44,820 nt of DNA from Chiloscyllium plagiosum (Eukaryota). The notes beneath the pieces were generated by a model. It saw only the letters and a list, made by a program, of their open reading frames with translations. It was not told the DNA's origin and did no database searches. Numbering within the stretch: position 1 is the stretch's first letter; the number at the start of each line of letters is the position of its first letter. Shown here one piece after another: positions 10,550 to 23,611 of this stretch. The DNA is taken from positions 16,155,102-16,199,921 of the forward strand of contig NC_057720.1 in assembly GCF_004010195.1 (NCBI RefSeq), written 5' to 3'. The translations under genes and the position numbers were made by a program.

Positions 10550-12240
10550 TCCTCAATGATGAAAGAGCCCAGCACATCAGTGCAAAAGTTAAGCCTGAAG
10601 ACTTCACAACAATGTTCAGCCAGAACATTGATCCATCTTGGCCTCCTTCAGTGGTCCTCAGCATCACAGATACCAGTCTTCAGCCAATTCGATTCACTCC
10701 AAGTGATATCAAGAAACAGTTGGAGACACTGGATCCTGCAAAGGCTACAGGCCCTGACAACATTCCAGTAATATTACTGAAGACATGTAGTCCAGAACTT
10801 GCCATTCCCTTCACCAAGCTGTTCTAGTATAGTTACATCTCTGGCAACTGCCTGATAGTGTGCAATATTGCCCAAGTCTATCCTGTACATAAAAATCATG
10901 ACAAATCCGCCTGGCCAATTATTGCCCCGTCAGTCTACTCTTGATCATGAGTAAACAGTGTTATCCAGCAGTACCTGCTCAGCAATTCAGTGATACCTAG
11001 CCTGTCTTCTGCCAGACCCAATCAGTTCCTGACCTCATTACAGCCTTAGTTCAAACGTGAACAAAAGAGCTGAATTCCAAAGGTGAGGTGAATGTGACAG
11101 CCCTTGACATCAAGGCTACTTTCAACCAAGTTTGGTATCAAGAAGCCCTAGCAAAACTAGAAACAGTGGATATTATGGCAAACTCTCCAGCGATTGGATT
11201 CATACCTGACACATAGGAAGATGGTCATGGTTGTTGGAGGTCAGTCATCCCTGCTCCAAGACATCTCTGCAGGAATTCCTCAGGGTGGTGTCCTAGGTCC
11301 AACCATCTTTAGCTTCTTCATCGATGATCTGCCCTCAAGCATAAGGTCAGAAGTGGGGATGATCGCCGATGATTGCACAATGTTCCGTACCACTTGTGAC
11401 TCCTCAGATACTGAAGCAGTCCATGTCCAAATGTAACAAGATCTGGACAATATCCAGGCTTGGATTGACAAGTAGCAAGTACCATTCATGGCACACAAAT
11501 GCCAGGCTATGGCCATCAACAATAAGAGACTATCTAACCATCGCCCCTTGGCATTCAACTGTGTTACCATCACTGAATTCCCAATATCAACATCCCGAGG
11601 ATTGTCGTTGACCAGAAAGTTAACTGAACTCACTGCATAAACACAGTAGCTACAAGAGCAGGTCAGATTCTACGAATACTGTGGCAAGTAGCTCACCTTC
11701 CAAACTCCCCAGAGTCTGCCCACCATCTACAAAGCACAAATTAGGAGTTTGATGGAATGCTCCTCCCTTGCCTGACACGAGCTTGACACAGTCTAGGACA
11801 AAGCAGCCCACTTCATTGGCACTACATCCACATGTATCCACTCCCTCCACTACCAATGCTCAGTAGCAGCAGTGCATACGATCTACAAGATGCACTGCAG
11901 AAATTCACCAAAGATCCTTACACAGCACCTTCCAAACCCACAATCAATTCCATCTAGAAGGACAATGGCAACAGATATATGGGTACACCACCAAGTACAA
12001 GTTCCCCTCCAAGCCACTCACCATCCTGACTTGGAAATATATTGCCATTCCTTCACTGTCACTGGGTCAAAATCCTGGAATTCCCTCCCTAATGGCATTG
12101 TGGGTCAACTCACAGCAGGTGGACAGCATCAGTTCAAGAAGGTAGCTCACCCCAACCTTCTCAAGAGCAATTAGGGATGGGAAATAAATGCTGGTCAGCC
12201 AGCGACGCCCATATCCCACAGATGAATAAATAAGGAAAAA
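10550..12240 (+). mobile_element. LINE (same family as 8967) RT region and 3' end, disrupted
   Basis: 'KATGPDNIPVILLKTCSPELAIPFTKLF' and 'GIPQGGVLGPTIFSFFIDDL...IADD' are non-LTR RT motifs. There are stops and frameshifts, and the A-rich end is at about 12225-12240. Confidence 0.9.
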
Positions 12241-12618
12241 GCTCTGCAGTTCAGTCATGTCAAGCCATGATTGGTGATGGACAATTAAATAGCTAAAAGA
12301 CTCCTTTGATATTACCTTTGAGACTCATAATCTTACCACTTCAAAAGGATAAGGCCAGCAGACTCAATGGAACACCACCACCCTTAAGTTATCTTCCAAG
12401 TCACACACCACGAATTAGAATTATACCCCTTTTTCTTCACTGTCCCTGGTTTCAGGTCCTGAAACATTATCTCGCTAATAGCACCAACTTCCTCCCACAC
12501 TACACCACATGGACAGCAGTGATTCAGTGATGCAAGTCACCACCATTTCTCAAGGCTAATTATGAACAGAAAATAAATGTTGAACTTGTCAGTAATTTCC
12601 ACAAATCATGAATGAGTA
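12241..12618 (+). mobile_element. Older, deleted fragment and 3' end of the same LINE family
   Basis: 12350-12615 is a diverged paralogue of 11960-12230 (gaacaccacc...ccaagtcacacacca...caaggctaattatg...aataaatg...catgaatgag). Confidence 0.65.
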
Positions 12619-13344
12619 AGCATTTATTGTTCAACCAGCACTCTAGTTTAACTTATAGGACTATACTCATCTTCGAATCTATGTTTCTCATCCTATTAAA
12701 TTGGACTCAAATACATAAAAGGTTGAAACATGCTTATTTAATTGAGAGAAAAAAATGTGGCATCTATCATTACCTCAAGCCCCAAAGGACTTTACAGCTG
12801 ATTGAATACTTTTGTAGCCTTATCACTGAAATATAAGAAACATTGTAGTCAATTTGTGCGCAGCAAGTTCACAAAAATATTGTGAGATAATGACCAGACA
12901 ATCAGATTTTTAGTGAGGTCAGCTGAAGGATTCATATTGCCCAGAATACTCTCCCAACTTTCTCATCACATACAATCTTCCTCATCCAGAGGTAACACAT
13001 CGGATAGTGCAGCACGCTGTGAATATTGCTACAAAGACAACAAAACATATATTTATATCTCACACTGGAATATCAGTTTAGTTTTTATGCTTGAGTTTCT
13101 GGAAGTGTTTTGTATCAGTTTAATTTCATTTTGTTCTCTCTGCAGAGGAACATGTTTGAATTTTAAATCCTATACTTCAAATACAAAGCAATTTCACAAT
13201 TTCACCATAAAAAGCAAGATGAACATATTTTAAAGATTATAGTCTAGCGGATGAAAAACTAACACTCGCTTAGGATTACATAATTTGCGCTAACTGAATG
13301 TTGAGCCTCCTTTTCTTTTTAATTTGCACAAACAATATAAATTG

Positions 13345-14165
13345 CTAATCCGTAATTTCCTAGAGTACAATATGAGACTGGCCTAGGGATAACTGAAATG
13401 GACAGAAGGTTGCCTGGCTGATGGAAAACAAAGATAATGTATTAATGGGTCTTTTTCAGATTGGCCAGCTGCAGTGAGAAGGGTCCTGCAAGGGTCTGTG
13501 CTGGGACCTCAACCTTTTTTTTAGATTAGATTCCCTACAGTGTAAAAACAGGCCCTTCGGCCCAACAAGTCCACACCGACTCACTGAAGAGTAACCCACC
13601 TAGACCCATTTCCCTCGGACTAATGCACCGAACACTATGGGCAATTTAGTATGGCCAATCCACCTGACCTGCACATCTTTGGATTGTGGGAGGAAACCAG
13701 AGCACCCAGAGGCAACCCACGCAGACACAGGGAGAATGTGCAAACTCCACACAGACAGTCACCTGAGGCTGGAATTGAATGCAGGACCCTGGTGTTGTAA
13801 GGCAACAGTACTAACCACTGAGCTACCGTGCCACCCATTTTACAAGGCATATCAGTGATTTAGATGAGGGATCCAAGGCATGGTGGTTTAATACTGAAAA
13901 TGACACACAGGTAGGGAGAAAAGCATATTATGAAGATACTATAATAAGAATGCAGACTAATATAGATAAGAATGGGCAAATATCTGGTAGATAGAGTATA
14001 AAGTGGGGAAAATGTGAAGTTTTTCACTTTGGCAGAAAGAATAAAAAAGGAAAGTACTACTGAAGTGGAGAGCTATTGCAGAATTGCAAGATGTAGAAGG
14101 TCTATGTATTGTGAGTGAGCACAAAAGGTTAGTGTGCAGATACAGCATGGAAGCTAATGGAATCC
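13345..14165 (+). mobile_element. Old CR1 RT fragment (split by an HE1 SINE; a younger CR1 is inserted at its end)
   Basis: gtcctgcaagggtctgtgctgggacctcaacc (PQGSVLGP) resumes after the SINE at tttacaaggcatatcagtgatttagatgagg. Confidence 0.75.
13519..13836 (-). mobile_element. HE1-like SINE
   Basis: Minus strand gggtggcacggtagctcagtggttag...gggccgaagggcctgtt...tgtagggaatctaatctaa. Confidence 0.9.
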
Positions 14166-17100
14166 TGACTGAGCTCTGTGGCTCAGAACGGAAGGGAGTA
14201 GAATTGGAGAGTGATAGTGATACGTGAGAGAAGCAGACACGAGATTCTGTGGTCACAAAAGAGACTTCCAGATGGTATGTTGTCTTCCGGGTCCCAGGGT
14301 CAGGGATGTCTCGGATCAAGGATTCTTAAGGGGGAGGGGGAGCAGCCAGAAGCTGTGGTACACATTGGTACCAATGACATAGGTAGGGAAAGGAATGATG
14401 ACCTGAAAAAAGAATATGGGGAGTTAGGTTGGCAGCTAGAAGGCTGGACGAGCAGATTAGTAATTTCAGGATTGTTCCTGGTGCTACGTGCTAGTGCAGC
14501 TAGATGAAAATGTGGCTGCAGGGCTGATGTAGGGAGGGGGGTTTCAGATATGTGGATCATTGGGATACCTTCTAGGGAAGGTGAGGACCTGTACAAGAAA
14601 AACGAGTTGCACCTGAACTGGAGAGGCACCAATACCCTGGGTGGGAGGTTCACTAGAGCTCTTCAGGAGGGTTTAAATGAGATTGGCCAGTGGGGAGGTT
14701 GGCTGGAACTACAGATCAGATGATGGAGTGGGTAGTGAACAGCTAGATACAGCGTGCAGAAACTCTGTGAGGAGGAATAGGCACTTGATAGGATAAAGGT
14801 GCAGTCAGTGCGATGTGTTGAAGTGTGTCTATTTTAATGCAAGAGATATCAGGAATGAGGGTGATGAACTTAGTGGATGGATCAGTACTTGGAAACATGA
14901 TGTTGTGGCCATTACAAAGACTTGGATATCAAAGCGGCACGAATGATTGTTAGATATACCAGAGTTTAGATGTTTCAAAACAAGAGGGGAGGGAGGTAAA
15001 AGAGGTGGGGGAATGGCATTGCTAATCAGAGATTGAATCACAGCTGCAGAAAGGGAGGGTGTCGAGGAGGGTTTGTCTACTGAGCTGGTATGGGTGGAAG
15101 TTACAAACATGGAGCAGTCACTTTATTGGGAGTTTTCTACAGATTCCCTAATAGCAACAGAGACACGGAGGAGCAGATCGGGAGGCAGATTTCGGAAAGG
15201 TACAGGAGCAACAGGGTTGTTGTTATGGGTGACTTTAACTTCCCTCATATTGATTGGAGCCTCCTTAGTTCAAATAGTTTGGATGGAGCAGTATTTTGTC
15301 AGGTGTGTCCAAGAAGCATTCCTGATTCAATGTGTAGACAGGCCAACTCGGGGGGAGCCCATATTGGATTTAGTGCTTGACAATGAACCAGGCCGGGTGT
15401 CAGAACATTCGGTGGGAGAGCATTTCGGTGATAGTGATCATGACACCCTAATCTTTACTATAGTCATGGAGAGGGGTGGGAGCAGATGGTATGGGAAAGT
15501 ATTTAATTGGGGAAAGAGGAATTACAATGCTAGTAAGCAGGAACTGGGGCACCTAAACTAGGAACAGATGTTCTCAGGGAAATGCACAACAGAAATGTTG
15601 AGGTTGTTTAGGAAGCACTCGCTGATACTGCTGGACAGGTTTGTCCCACTGAGGCAAGAAAGACATTGTAGGTTGAAAGAACCTTGGGTGACAAGGGATG
15701 TAGAACATCTAGTCAAGAGGAAGAAGGAAGCTTACTTAAGGTTGGACGCAAGGATCAGACAGGGCTCAAGAGACTTACAGGGTAGCCAGGAAGGAATTGA
15801 AGAATGGACTTAGGAGAGCTAGAAAGGGGCATGAGAAAGCTTTAGCAGGTAGGATTAAGGAAAACCTGAAGGCATTCTACACTTATGTGAGGAACGAAAG
15901 GATGGCCAGAGTGAGGATAGGGCTGATCAGGGATAGTGGAGGAAACTTGTGCCTGGAGTTGGACCAGGTAGGGGAGGTTCTTAATGAATACTTTGCTTCA
16001 GTAGTCACTAACGAGAGGGACCTTGACATTCCTGAAAGCAGTGTAAAACAGATTGATATGCTTGAACAGGTTGATGTTAAGAAGGAGGATGTGCTGAAAA
16101 TTTTGAAAATCATTAAGATAGATAAATCCCTTGGGCCAGACAGTTACTACAGGAAGTGAGGGAAGAGATTGCTACGCCTTTGGCGATGATCTTTATGTCC
16201 TCACTGTCCACTGGAGTATTGCCAGATTGGAGAGTGGCAAATGTTATCCCCTTGTTCAAAAAAGAGAATAGAGATAATCCTGGGAATTACAGATCAGTCA
16301 GTCGCAGGTCTGTGGTGGGTAAAGTGTTCTGAGAGACAGGATTTTCGATTACTTGAAAAACCATAGTTTGATAAGAGATAGTCAGCATGGCTTTGTGAGG
16401 GGAAGGGCTCATGCCCGAACATCGATTCTCCTGCTATTCCTGAGGAAGGGCTCAAGCCCGAAATGTTGATTCTCCTGTTCAAAGTTTGTGAGAAGATTTG
16501 TACCTCGGGTGCTCGTTGCTGTGGTTCTGTTCGCCGAGCTGGGCCTGACCTGCTGCGCTTTTCCAGCAACACATTTTCAGCTCTGATCTCCAGCATCTGC
16601 AGTCCTCACTTTCTCCTCGAGGGGCAGGTCATGCCTCACAAACCTAACTGAATTCTTTGAGGATGTGACAAAACACATAGATGAAGACAGAGCAGTGGAT
16701 ATGATGTACATGGATTTTAGCAAAGCGTTTGATAAGGTTACCCATGGTAGGCTCATTCAGAAAGTAAGGAGGAATGGGATGCAGGGAAGTCTGGTTGTGT
16801 GAAATAGAATTGGCTGGACCATAGAAAATAGAGGGCAGATAGAAAGTATTTAGACTGGAGATTGATGACCAGTGGTGTTCCACAGAGATCAGTTCTGGGA
16901 CCTCTGTTCTTTGTGATTTTTATAAATGATTTGGATGAGGAAGTAGAAGGATAGGTTAGTAAGTTTGCCAATGACACAAAGGTTGGTGAAGAGGTGGATA
17001 GTGTGGAGGGTTATTTAGGTTACAACAAGATGTTGACAGGATGCAGAATTGGGCTGATAAGTGGCAGATGGAGTTCAACCTGGAAAAGTGCAAAGTGATT

Positions 17101-17497
17101 CACTTTGGAATGTGAAATTTAGTGCAGAATACAGGTTAAAGGCAGGATTCTTGGCAGTGTGGAGGAACAGAGGGATCTTGGGGTCCATGTCCATTGATGC
17201 CTCAAAGTTGCCACCCAAGTTGGTAGGGTTGTCAAGAAGGTGCATGGTGTTTTAGCAGGGGGATTGAGTTTAAGAGCCATGAGGTTATGCTGCAGCTCTA
17301 TAAAACCTTGCTTAGACCATACTTGGAATATTATGTTCAGTTCTGGTCACCTCATTTTAGGAAGGATATGGAAGCTTTCGAGAGGGTGCAGAGGAGATTT
17401 ACCAGGATGCTGCCTGGACTGGAGGGCATGTCTGATGAAGAAAGGTTGAAAGACCTAGGTCTTTTCTCATTGGAGCGAAGAAGGATGAATGGGGGTT
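14166..17497 (+). mobile_element. CR1 LINE, near full-length but disrupted (ORF1 esterase plus ORF2 EN-RT), 3' end lost
   Basis: ORF1 'GEGEQPEAVVHIGTNDIGR'; EN 'GVFYRFPNS', 'VMGDFNFP', 'PTRGEPILDLVL', 'GDSDH'; RT agtaagtttgccaatgacac; C-terminal 'LYKTLLRPYLEYYVQFWSP'. Confidence 0.92.
16403..16618 (+). mobile_element. Composite PLE pLTR insertion with 6-bp TSD
   Basis: Flanked by gagggg (16397-16402 and 16619-16624). Contains two tandem stem II-GAAA units and an unrelated internal segment (about 16480-16542). Confidence 0.8.
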
Positions 17498-17596
17498 ATT
17501 CTTCAGGAAGAAGGGCTCATGCCCGAAACGTTGATTCTCCTGCTCCTTGGATGCTGCCTGACCTGCTGCGCTTTTCCAGCAACACATTTTCAGCTT
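17498..17596 (+). mobile_element. PLE pseudo-LTR fragment
   Basis: gaagaagggctcatgcccgaaacgttgattctcctgctccttggatgctgcctgacctgctgcgcttttccagc is nearly identical to 33001-33090. Confidence 0.85.
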
Positions 17597-18235
17597 CCTT
17601 ATTACACAGCCTGAAAAAGTATCTAAAACAGTAGCAATGTGTATCCAGCTGATTATAATACCGAGATAGAAGTTGCCATGCAACAAGTATGAAAGCAACA
17701 TCAGACAGTCAAAAAGAAAAAGGTGAAAATTATTTTTAAGGCTGAGGAACTACTAGCTCTCATAAGCTTACAGAAAGGAGGATAAGCAACAATTACTGGA
17801 AAATTGTTTCCTTACACGACAAATTCAACACAAGACAAACATACCTGTATCATATTCCTAATGAATTGATGATCATATCCCTTTACTTCACCTCAAAAAG
17901 CTTGCATCCTACATACAAAAATATGGCTTAGCATGAATTAACTCTATTTGTACCTGTAACAATAGCAATAGGTGTGCACTATGTAAGTTTAATTTCCACC
18001 ATTTGATTGTAATACCCAAACCATTTATGGACTAAAATGGCTTTTAAAAAGGAAGAAACATGGACTTAAAAGTGGCTGCAGTGATCACCTGACTACAGAT
18101 TGAGGTAATATTCCTGAGACCTAATTGTAATAAATAAAACTTCCTGCACCGAAATTACTGTTTTATCTAAAGACATTGAAACTAAGTAACTGAGGCAACA
18201 TCTGGAAATTTTCAATTTCGGTTTTAATTCACATT

Positions 18236-18898
18236 TGTATGATTACTTTCACATGCTGGGAGATGAAAGGTTTGCCTGCCTGTTTGCCAGCTTGGAAGAA
18301 TACAGCAACTAGACTCAGGAACAGATGTTGAACTATATTTCAATGTTGCTTTTGAGCAGCAGGTGAGTAAGAAGCAACATTAATATGTTTGCAGGAACCA
18401 GAAAACTTTGTCTCTCTCCCTGTCTTTTTATCTCATCACCATGGAATGTAGCACTCAATGAAAAAACAAACTGGGGAATCAGTCATTCATTGAGAATGCA
18501 AAGACATCTATTGATTTTGACTGAGGATATCAGTCAACAACTGAACAAATGTGGGCTCGGGTTTAACGCCTCAAAGATTCGAAGGACTTGCAAACTGTGT
18601 AACGTGTATTCTCCCTGTCTGTACTAGGTAATCCCGCTTTTAAAGTTATTACCTATAGTTGTTCATGTGTTTTATATCTGTCTTTTTATTGTTTTTTTTC
18701 TCAGGGTTAGTACATAATAATATTCCTCTTTCTTTCACACAGAAAAGTAATGGTAATAGACTTCTTCAATTTCTAGTGAACTATGTTTTAACTGAAGCAT
18801 AATAATTGCATACTAAAATGAAATAAAATATTTGTTGCAACTGACTGGGAGATTCAAATAGAGGACATTCAACTCCCCTTCCTTACCTGGTCATAACA
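18236..18898 (+). mobile_element. Possible old solo LTR
   Basis: Starts TGT and ends ...cctggtcataaca, with an internal AATAAA near 18821. Judged only on general LTR-like layout; no TSD found. Confidence 0.3.
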
Positions 18899-19251
18899 AT
18901 ACCAAGTCCGAAGCAAATTCCAAAGATTGAACCATGCATAACACTTGGTATGTTGTCAATGTCTCTTGATCTGTCCTTCTTATTTCTTTCTGTGTATGAA
19001 CAGCACATCATAATGTCATTTGATCAAGACAAATGAAGCAGAGAAATAGCAAGGTCAAGTGTGACTGTGAATATAGGTATGAGGGAGAGCATTCCTTCCA
19101 GATATTACTCTAGTCTGATCGTGAAACTAGATATTTAGTTGATGGTTGCCACAATTAATTTTTGGGAAGTAGAAGCTAGTTAGCTGACTTTATACTGACA
19201 CTGTGCAACAGCTGACACTGCATTTAATAATTTGGTGATTGCCCTAGCCTG

Positions 19252-19344
19252 GTAAAAGTGAGGACTGCAGATGCTGGAGATCAAAGTCAAGGTTAAAGTG
19301 GTACTGGAAAAGCACAGCAGGTCAGGCAGCATCCAAGGAGCAGG
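19252..19344 (-). mobile_element. Truncated PLE pLTR insertion with 12-bp TSD
   Basis: tgccctagcctg at 19240-19251 and 19345-19356 flanks aaagtgaggactgcagatgctggag...ggcagcatccaaggagcagg. Confidence 0.85.
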
Positions 19345-20002
19345 TGCCCTAGCCTGCCTGTTGTATACAGGTTTAGAAGGATCTGATACAGTTAATACTT
19401 GACTAAGTGCAATAAGCACCATCTACTGTGAAGATGTCATGAGGAAATGCATGATTGTGTGGGAGATAGACCTAAGGCTATGCCCTCCCAACAGTCTTTG
19501 CAGTAATGAATAGTCTTTCTTATAACCTGTAAATAGTTACAAAGAAGCAACTATTCACTCTATAAAACTTTACTCATTTGAGCAGAATATGACCACCCAC
19601 ACACTAGACCATATAAGCCGCTAAAGAACCTGCACACTTAGAAGTTACGGATGGCACACTAAGCATGGGATCTGAAAATTCAATTTAGTGGTACCAGTCC
19701 CAATGAAGCAAACATGCTGGTAACCTACACAACCTCAAGAAAAATATATTGTTAATGGCTGAGGACAGCAAACACCCCAGAAAAGCCTCATGGCAACAGT
19801 CAATGTGGTGACAAGGTCATTTGAGAAGAGATGATGAATGATAAAGGAGTCATAGACAGGGTCCTAGCGATAACCATATGGTAGGGTAGAGCAGAGGTTT
19901 TTAACTGGTGTGCCACGTTACTGTGCATGCACCTGAGAAGGAAAATCAGCTTGTTATGCAGCCTGCTTATGCTCGCACAGGACCAAACATTCTGTCTGAG
20001 AA

Positions 20003-20512
20003 TAACCTAGGGAGTGATGCTGAACAAAGAGACCTTCGAGTGCAGGTTCATAGCTCCCTGAAAGTGGAGTCGCAGGTAGGTAGGATAGTGAAGAAGGTGT
20101 TTAGTATGCTTACTTTTATTGGTCAGAGTATTGAGTATAGGAGTTGGGAGGTCATGTTGCGGCTGTACAGGAAATTAGTTTGGCCACTTTTGAAATATTG
20201 CGTACAATTCTGGTCTCCTTCCTATTGGAAGGATATTGTGAAACTTGAAGGGTTCAGAAAAGATTTACAAGGATGTTGCCAGGGTTGGAGAGGGTGGTAC
20301 ATGTATGGGATGAGCTGCCAGAAGAAGTGGTGGAGGCTGGTACATTTGCAACATTTAAAAGGCATCTGGATGGGTATATGAATAGGAAGGGTTTGGAGGG
20401 ATATGGGCCAGATGCTGGCAGGTGGAACTAGATTGGGTTGGGATATCTGGTCGGCATGGATGACTTGGACCGAAGGGTCTGTTTCCATACTGTACATCTC
20501 TATGACTCTATG
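20003..20512 (+). mobile_element. HER1/CR1 3' fragment inserted in the hAT (internal deletion near 20292)
   Basis: 'LYRKLVWPLLKYCVQFWSPSYWKD' and tail gaagggtctgtttccatactgtacatctctatgactctatg; close to 31003-31552. Confidence 0.9.
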
Positions 20513-20519
20513 TGTAATA

Positions 20520-22200
20520 ATCACATACCTTATCTCTGAAGAGAAGAAACAGCACAGGTGCAATAAAGAGACGGACGATTGAAGTGGCCCTTGAATTGGC
20601 CTGCATGCCTAAACATGTTTCTTCTTTCATAGAATCCTTTTATAGAGAAGTTGGAAAATGCTGTGATGGTATCAAGTTAAAACACCATTTCCAGATGAAA
20701 CATCCATCTCTTGTGAACAAACAGATTCAGTATTTCAAGAGCTTGAGACAACAAAACATCAAGCAATCCCAATGCCTGATGGAGTCTGTGCTGTTACTGG
20801 ATAAAGCTCAAGAGGCTAGTGCAAGAGGCAGTGGCTGAGCTTGCAGTGAAATCAAAGGAGGCCCTTATCATTAAACTTTAGTCATGTCTGCATGTCAAAG
20901 GAAATAGGTGGAATGTTAGGCTCTGATTCTGCAATCGAGATCGACAAAACTTCACTGTCTGATAATACAGTCAAATCATGAATTGACAATATGTCAGCTG
21001 GCATCAAGGCAGTACTGCAAGAGAAGTTAGCTATTTGTGGGAAGATTGTTTTGCAGATTGACAAGTCCAATGATATAAGTGGACACTGCCAGCTGCTGGC
21101 AAATACGATACGTTGCTGGGAACTCGGTTCAGGAGAGAACATTTTCTCTTTCAAGGAACTACCACATCATGTGACTGGTGAAGAACTGTTTGGGGTCTTG
21201 GATACCTGTTTGAGGGAAAATAAACATATATGGTGTTGGAGTAATTGCAATGATGGAGAAGCTTCCATCACAGGGAAAGTCAAAGGATTTGTCCATGAGG
21301 TGAAAGAGCACAATCCTGGCATTCATATCACACATTGCATCCTCCAGTGTGAAGCTCTTGTCATCAAAACAATGCCCCAGAGTTAACTACAGTGTTAAAA
21401 CAAGTTGTGAAAATTGTACATTAACTTCTGGCCATTGAAATCATGTTTGATCACTATTTTGTGTGGAAGAGATCAGAGTAGCATCAGAGTTTAACATTTT
21501 ACACAGAGGTATGATGGCTATCACTAGGCAAGGTTCTCTATCGTGTTCATTAGCTCCAGTGAGAACTGACAAAGAGTTTTCAACAATGCACGAACTGCCG
21601 TATGAAGAGTTATTGCCGGATAATTACTAGAAGGTTAAGCTGGTATATCTCACAGACATTTCCAGCTATCCGAATGAGCTGAATACTAAATTACAACAGA
21701 AGAACAAGAATGATCCTGACCATCACAGGAACCTCAAGGTTTCAGATCAAAACTGGGCCTTTGGCAAGAGACAGTGACAGGGATTCACTTGAGATGTTCC
21801 CACGAGCACCATCAGTGGCAGACACAGCTGTCAAAATGCACAGCCTCACATCCAGAAACCTTAAAGAGAAGTTTGAATTCTACTTCCTGTCAACAAATGT
21901 GGAAGATTATGACTAGAACATGACCTGCTTAGTTCATTGTCATCTGATTCATCACAAAATCTGATCTTTAAAAGAAAAAGAGGAATATGCAGACCTACGG
22001 ATGGGTCACATATGAATCTAAAATTTGAAGAGGTATCTTTGTACAGGTTTTGGCTGACTGTGGTACATGAATATGAGACAATATCTGACTGTGCTATTGC
22101 TATACACTTGCAGTTTGCAACAATATTCCTGTGTGAGCTAGTATCTCCGATACAGGCATACATGAACAACAACAGAGGGGTCTCTTCACAGAGGAGCGAG
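20520..22200 (+). pseudogene. hAT transposase pseudogene (ZBED5/ZBED8/SCAND3-like Buster family)
   Basis: 'LSDNTV' (about 20956), 'LQIDKSNDISGHCQLL' (family DESTD), 'TGEELF', 'CNDGEASITGKVKGF' (CTDGA), 'ITHCILQCEAL' (CxxH), and a C-terminal 'FATIFLCE'. Multiple stops and frameshifts. Confidence 0.88.
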
Positions 22201-22859
22201 GTTTGTGGGTGGCCCTCTCTCCAATTCCTCCTCGGCACCCAAGTTTCCCACTAACTCTATAAATTGCAATTTGATCTACATTGTGTTTTGCTCTGCACAA
22301 TTCTTCATGAGTAGTTAGAAATAGTTGAGTTGAGCAGACTTTGATAATGTCTGTGTTCACAGTCAAAAACATTTTTAGCAGTCCTTTTGAAACATTAATG
22401 CTTTTGATCCTTCTTTATCTTGTTGTGTGCACAATGTGGCAAATCTCTCCTGCCAGGCATTAACCACAGTAAGTGCAAGTAACTGTGACATTTATGAAAA
22501 ATCAATTCAGCTGAAAATGTGGGTGTGCCATGGAATGTTCTGTCACATTTATATGGGCCTTGATATTGAGAGAGTTGGGAACCACTGGGATCAAGTATAC
22601 AATATTATATAATGGGAACTTGTCAGCGAGATATAGTGTTAATCAAGGGAAAGTTTCAAATACACATTAACTGGAAAATGTCTAATTGAAAAGGTAATGT
22701 AGGAGAGGACTTTGTAGAAAGTTTTCAGGGCAGCTTCTTAGAACACCATGTTCTGGAAATGACAGAAAGTAGGCAATATTAGACCAGGTATCATGCAGTG
22801 TCATTGGATTAATTAATGATTTCACAATGAAGACACATCCAGGCAGCAGTAACAAAAAC

Positions 22860-23518
22860 ATTGCATAGAAACATAGGTACATTGAAGACAGGAGTAGACC
22901 ATTCAACCCTCGACCATTCACTATGATCGTGACTGATCATCGATCTCAATACCCTAATCCCACCCTTTCCCCCATCCCTTGATCCCTTTAGCTATGAGCT
23001 CCTTCTTGAAAACACATAATGTTTTGACCTCCACCACTATGCGTGCCAGTAAATTCCACAGGCTCACCATTCTCTGACTGAAGAAATGTTTCCTCATCTC
23101 AGTCCAGAGGGGTCTATCCCTTATCTTTAAACAATGACACCTAGTTCTGAACTCCCCTACCATCAGGAGCATCCTTCCTGCATCAAATTTGTCTAGTCCT
23201 CTTAGAATTGTACAGGTTTCTTTGAGACCTCCCCCCTCATTCTTCTAAACTCCAATGAATACAATCCTAATTGACTTAATCTCTCCTCATTTATCAGTGT
23301 TGCCATCCCAGGAATAAATTTGGTAAATCTTCACTGCTCTCTGTCTATAACAAGAACATTCTTCCTAAAATAAGGAGACCAGAACTGTCTACAATATTCC
23401 AGTTGTGGCCTCATCATTGCCCTGTATAATTACAGCAAGACATCCCTGTTCCTGTACACAAATCCTCTGACTATGAAGGTCAACATGCAGATTGCCTTCT
23501 TTACTGCCTGCTGTATCT
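22860..23518 (-). mobile_element. CR1 3' fragment (antisense insertion)
   Basis: ORF 22954..23172(-) 'GEFRTRCHCLKIRDRPLWTEMRKHFFSQRMVSLWNLL'; tail ...tatgtttctatg at about 22864-22875. Confidence 0.85.
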
Positions 23519-23611
23519 GAATTTCCCATTCAGTTTGAGGAAGAGAGACAAGTCCAAGACTAAACTTAGATAAAGACAATTATGGAGACAGGAAAACCGA
23601 AGTAGCAGAAG

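Larger units (their letters stand above)
19892..22587 (+). mobile_element. Decayed hAT DNA transposon, Buster/Charlie type
   Basis: Imperfect TIRs cagaggtttttaact / agttgggaaccactg. The 8-bp flanks gggtagag / ggatcaag match at 5 of 8. Subterminal ggtgtgcca occurs near both ends and transposase remnants lie inside. Confidence 0.8.

Noticed and set aside
20991..21386. Domesticated ZBED/SCAND3-like host gene
   Set aside because: Stops and frameshifts on both sides, altered catalytic motifs (DKSND, CILQ) and retained TIRs indicate a dead transposon.
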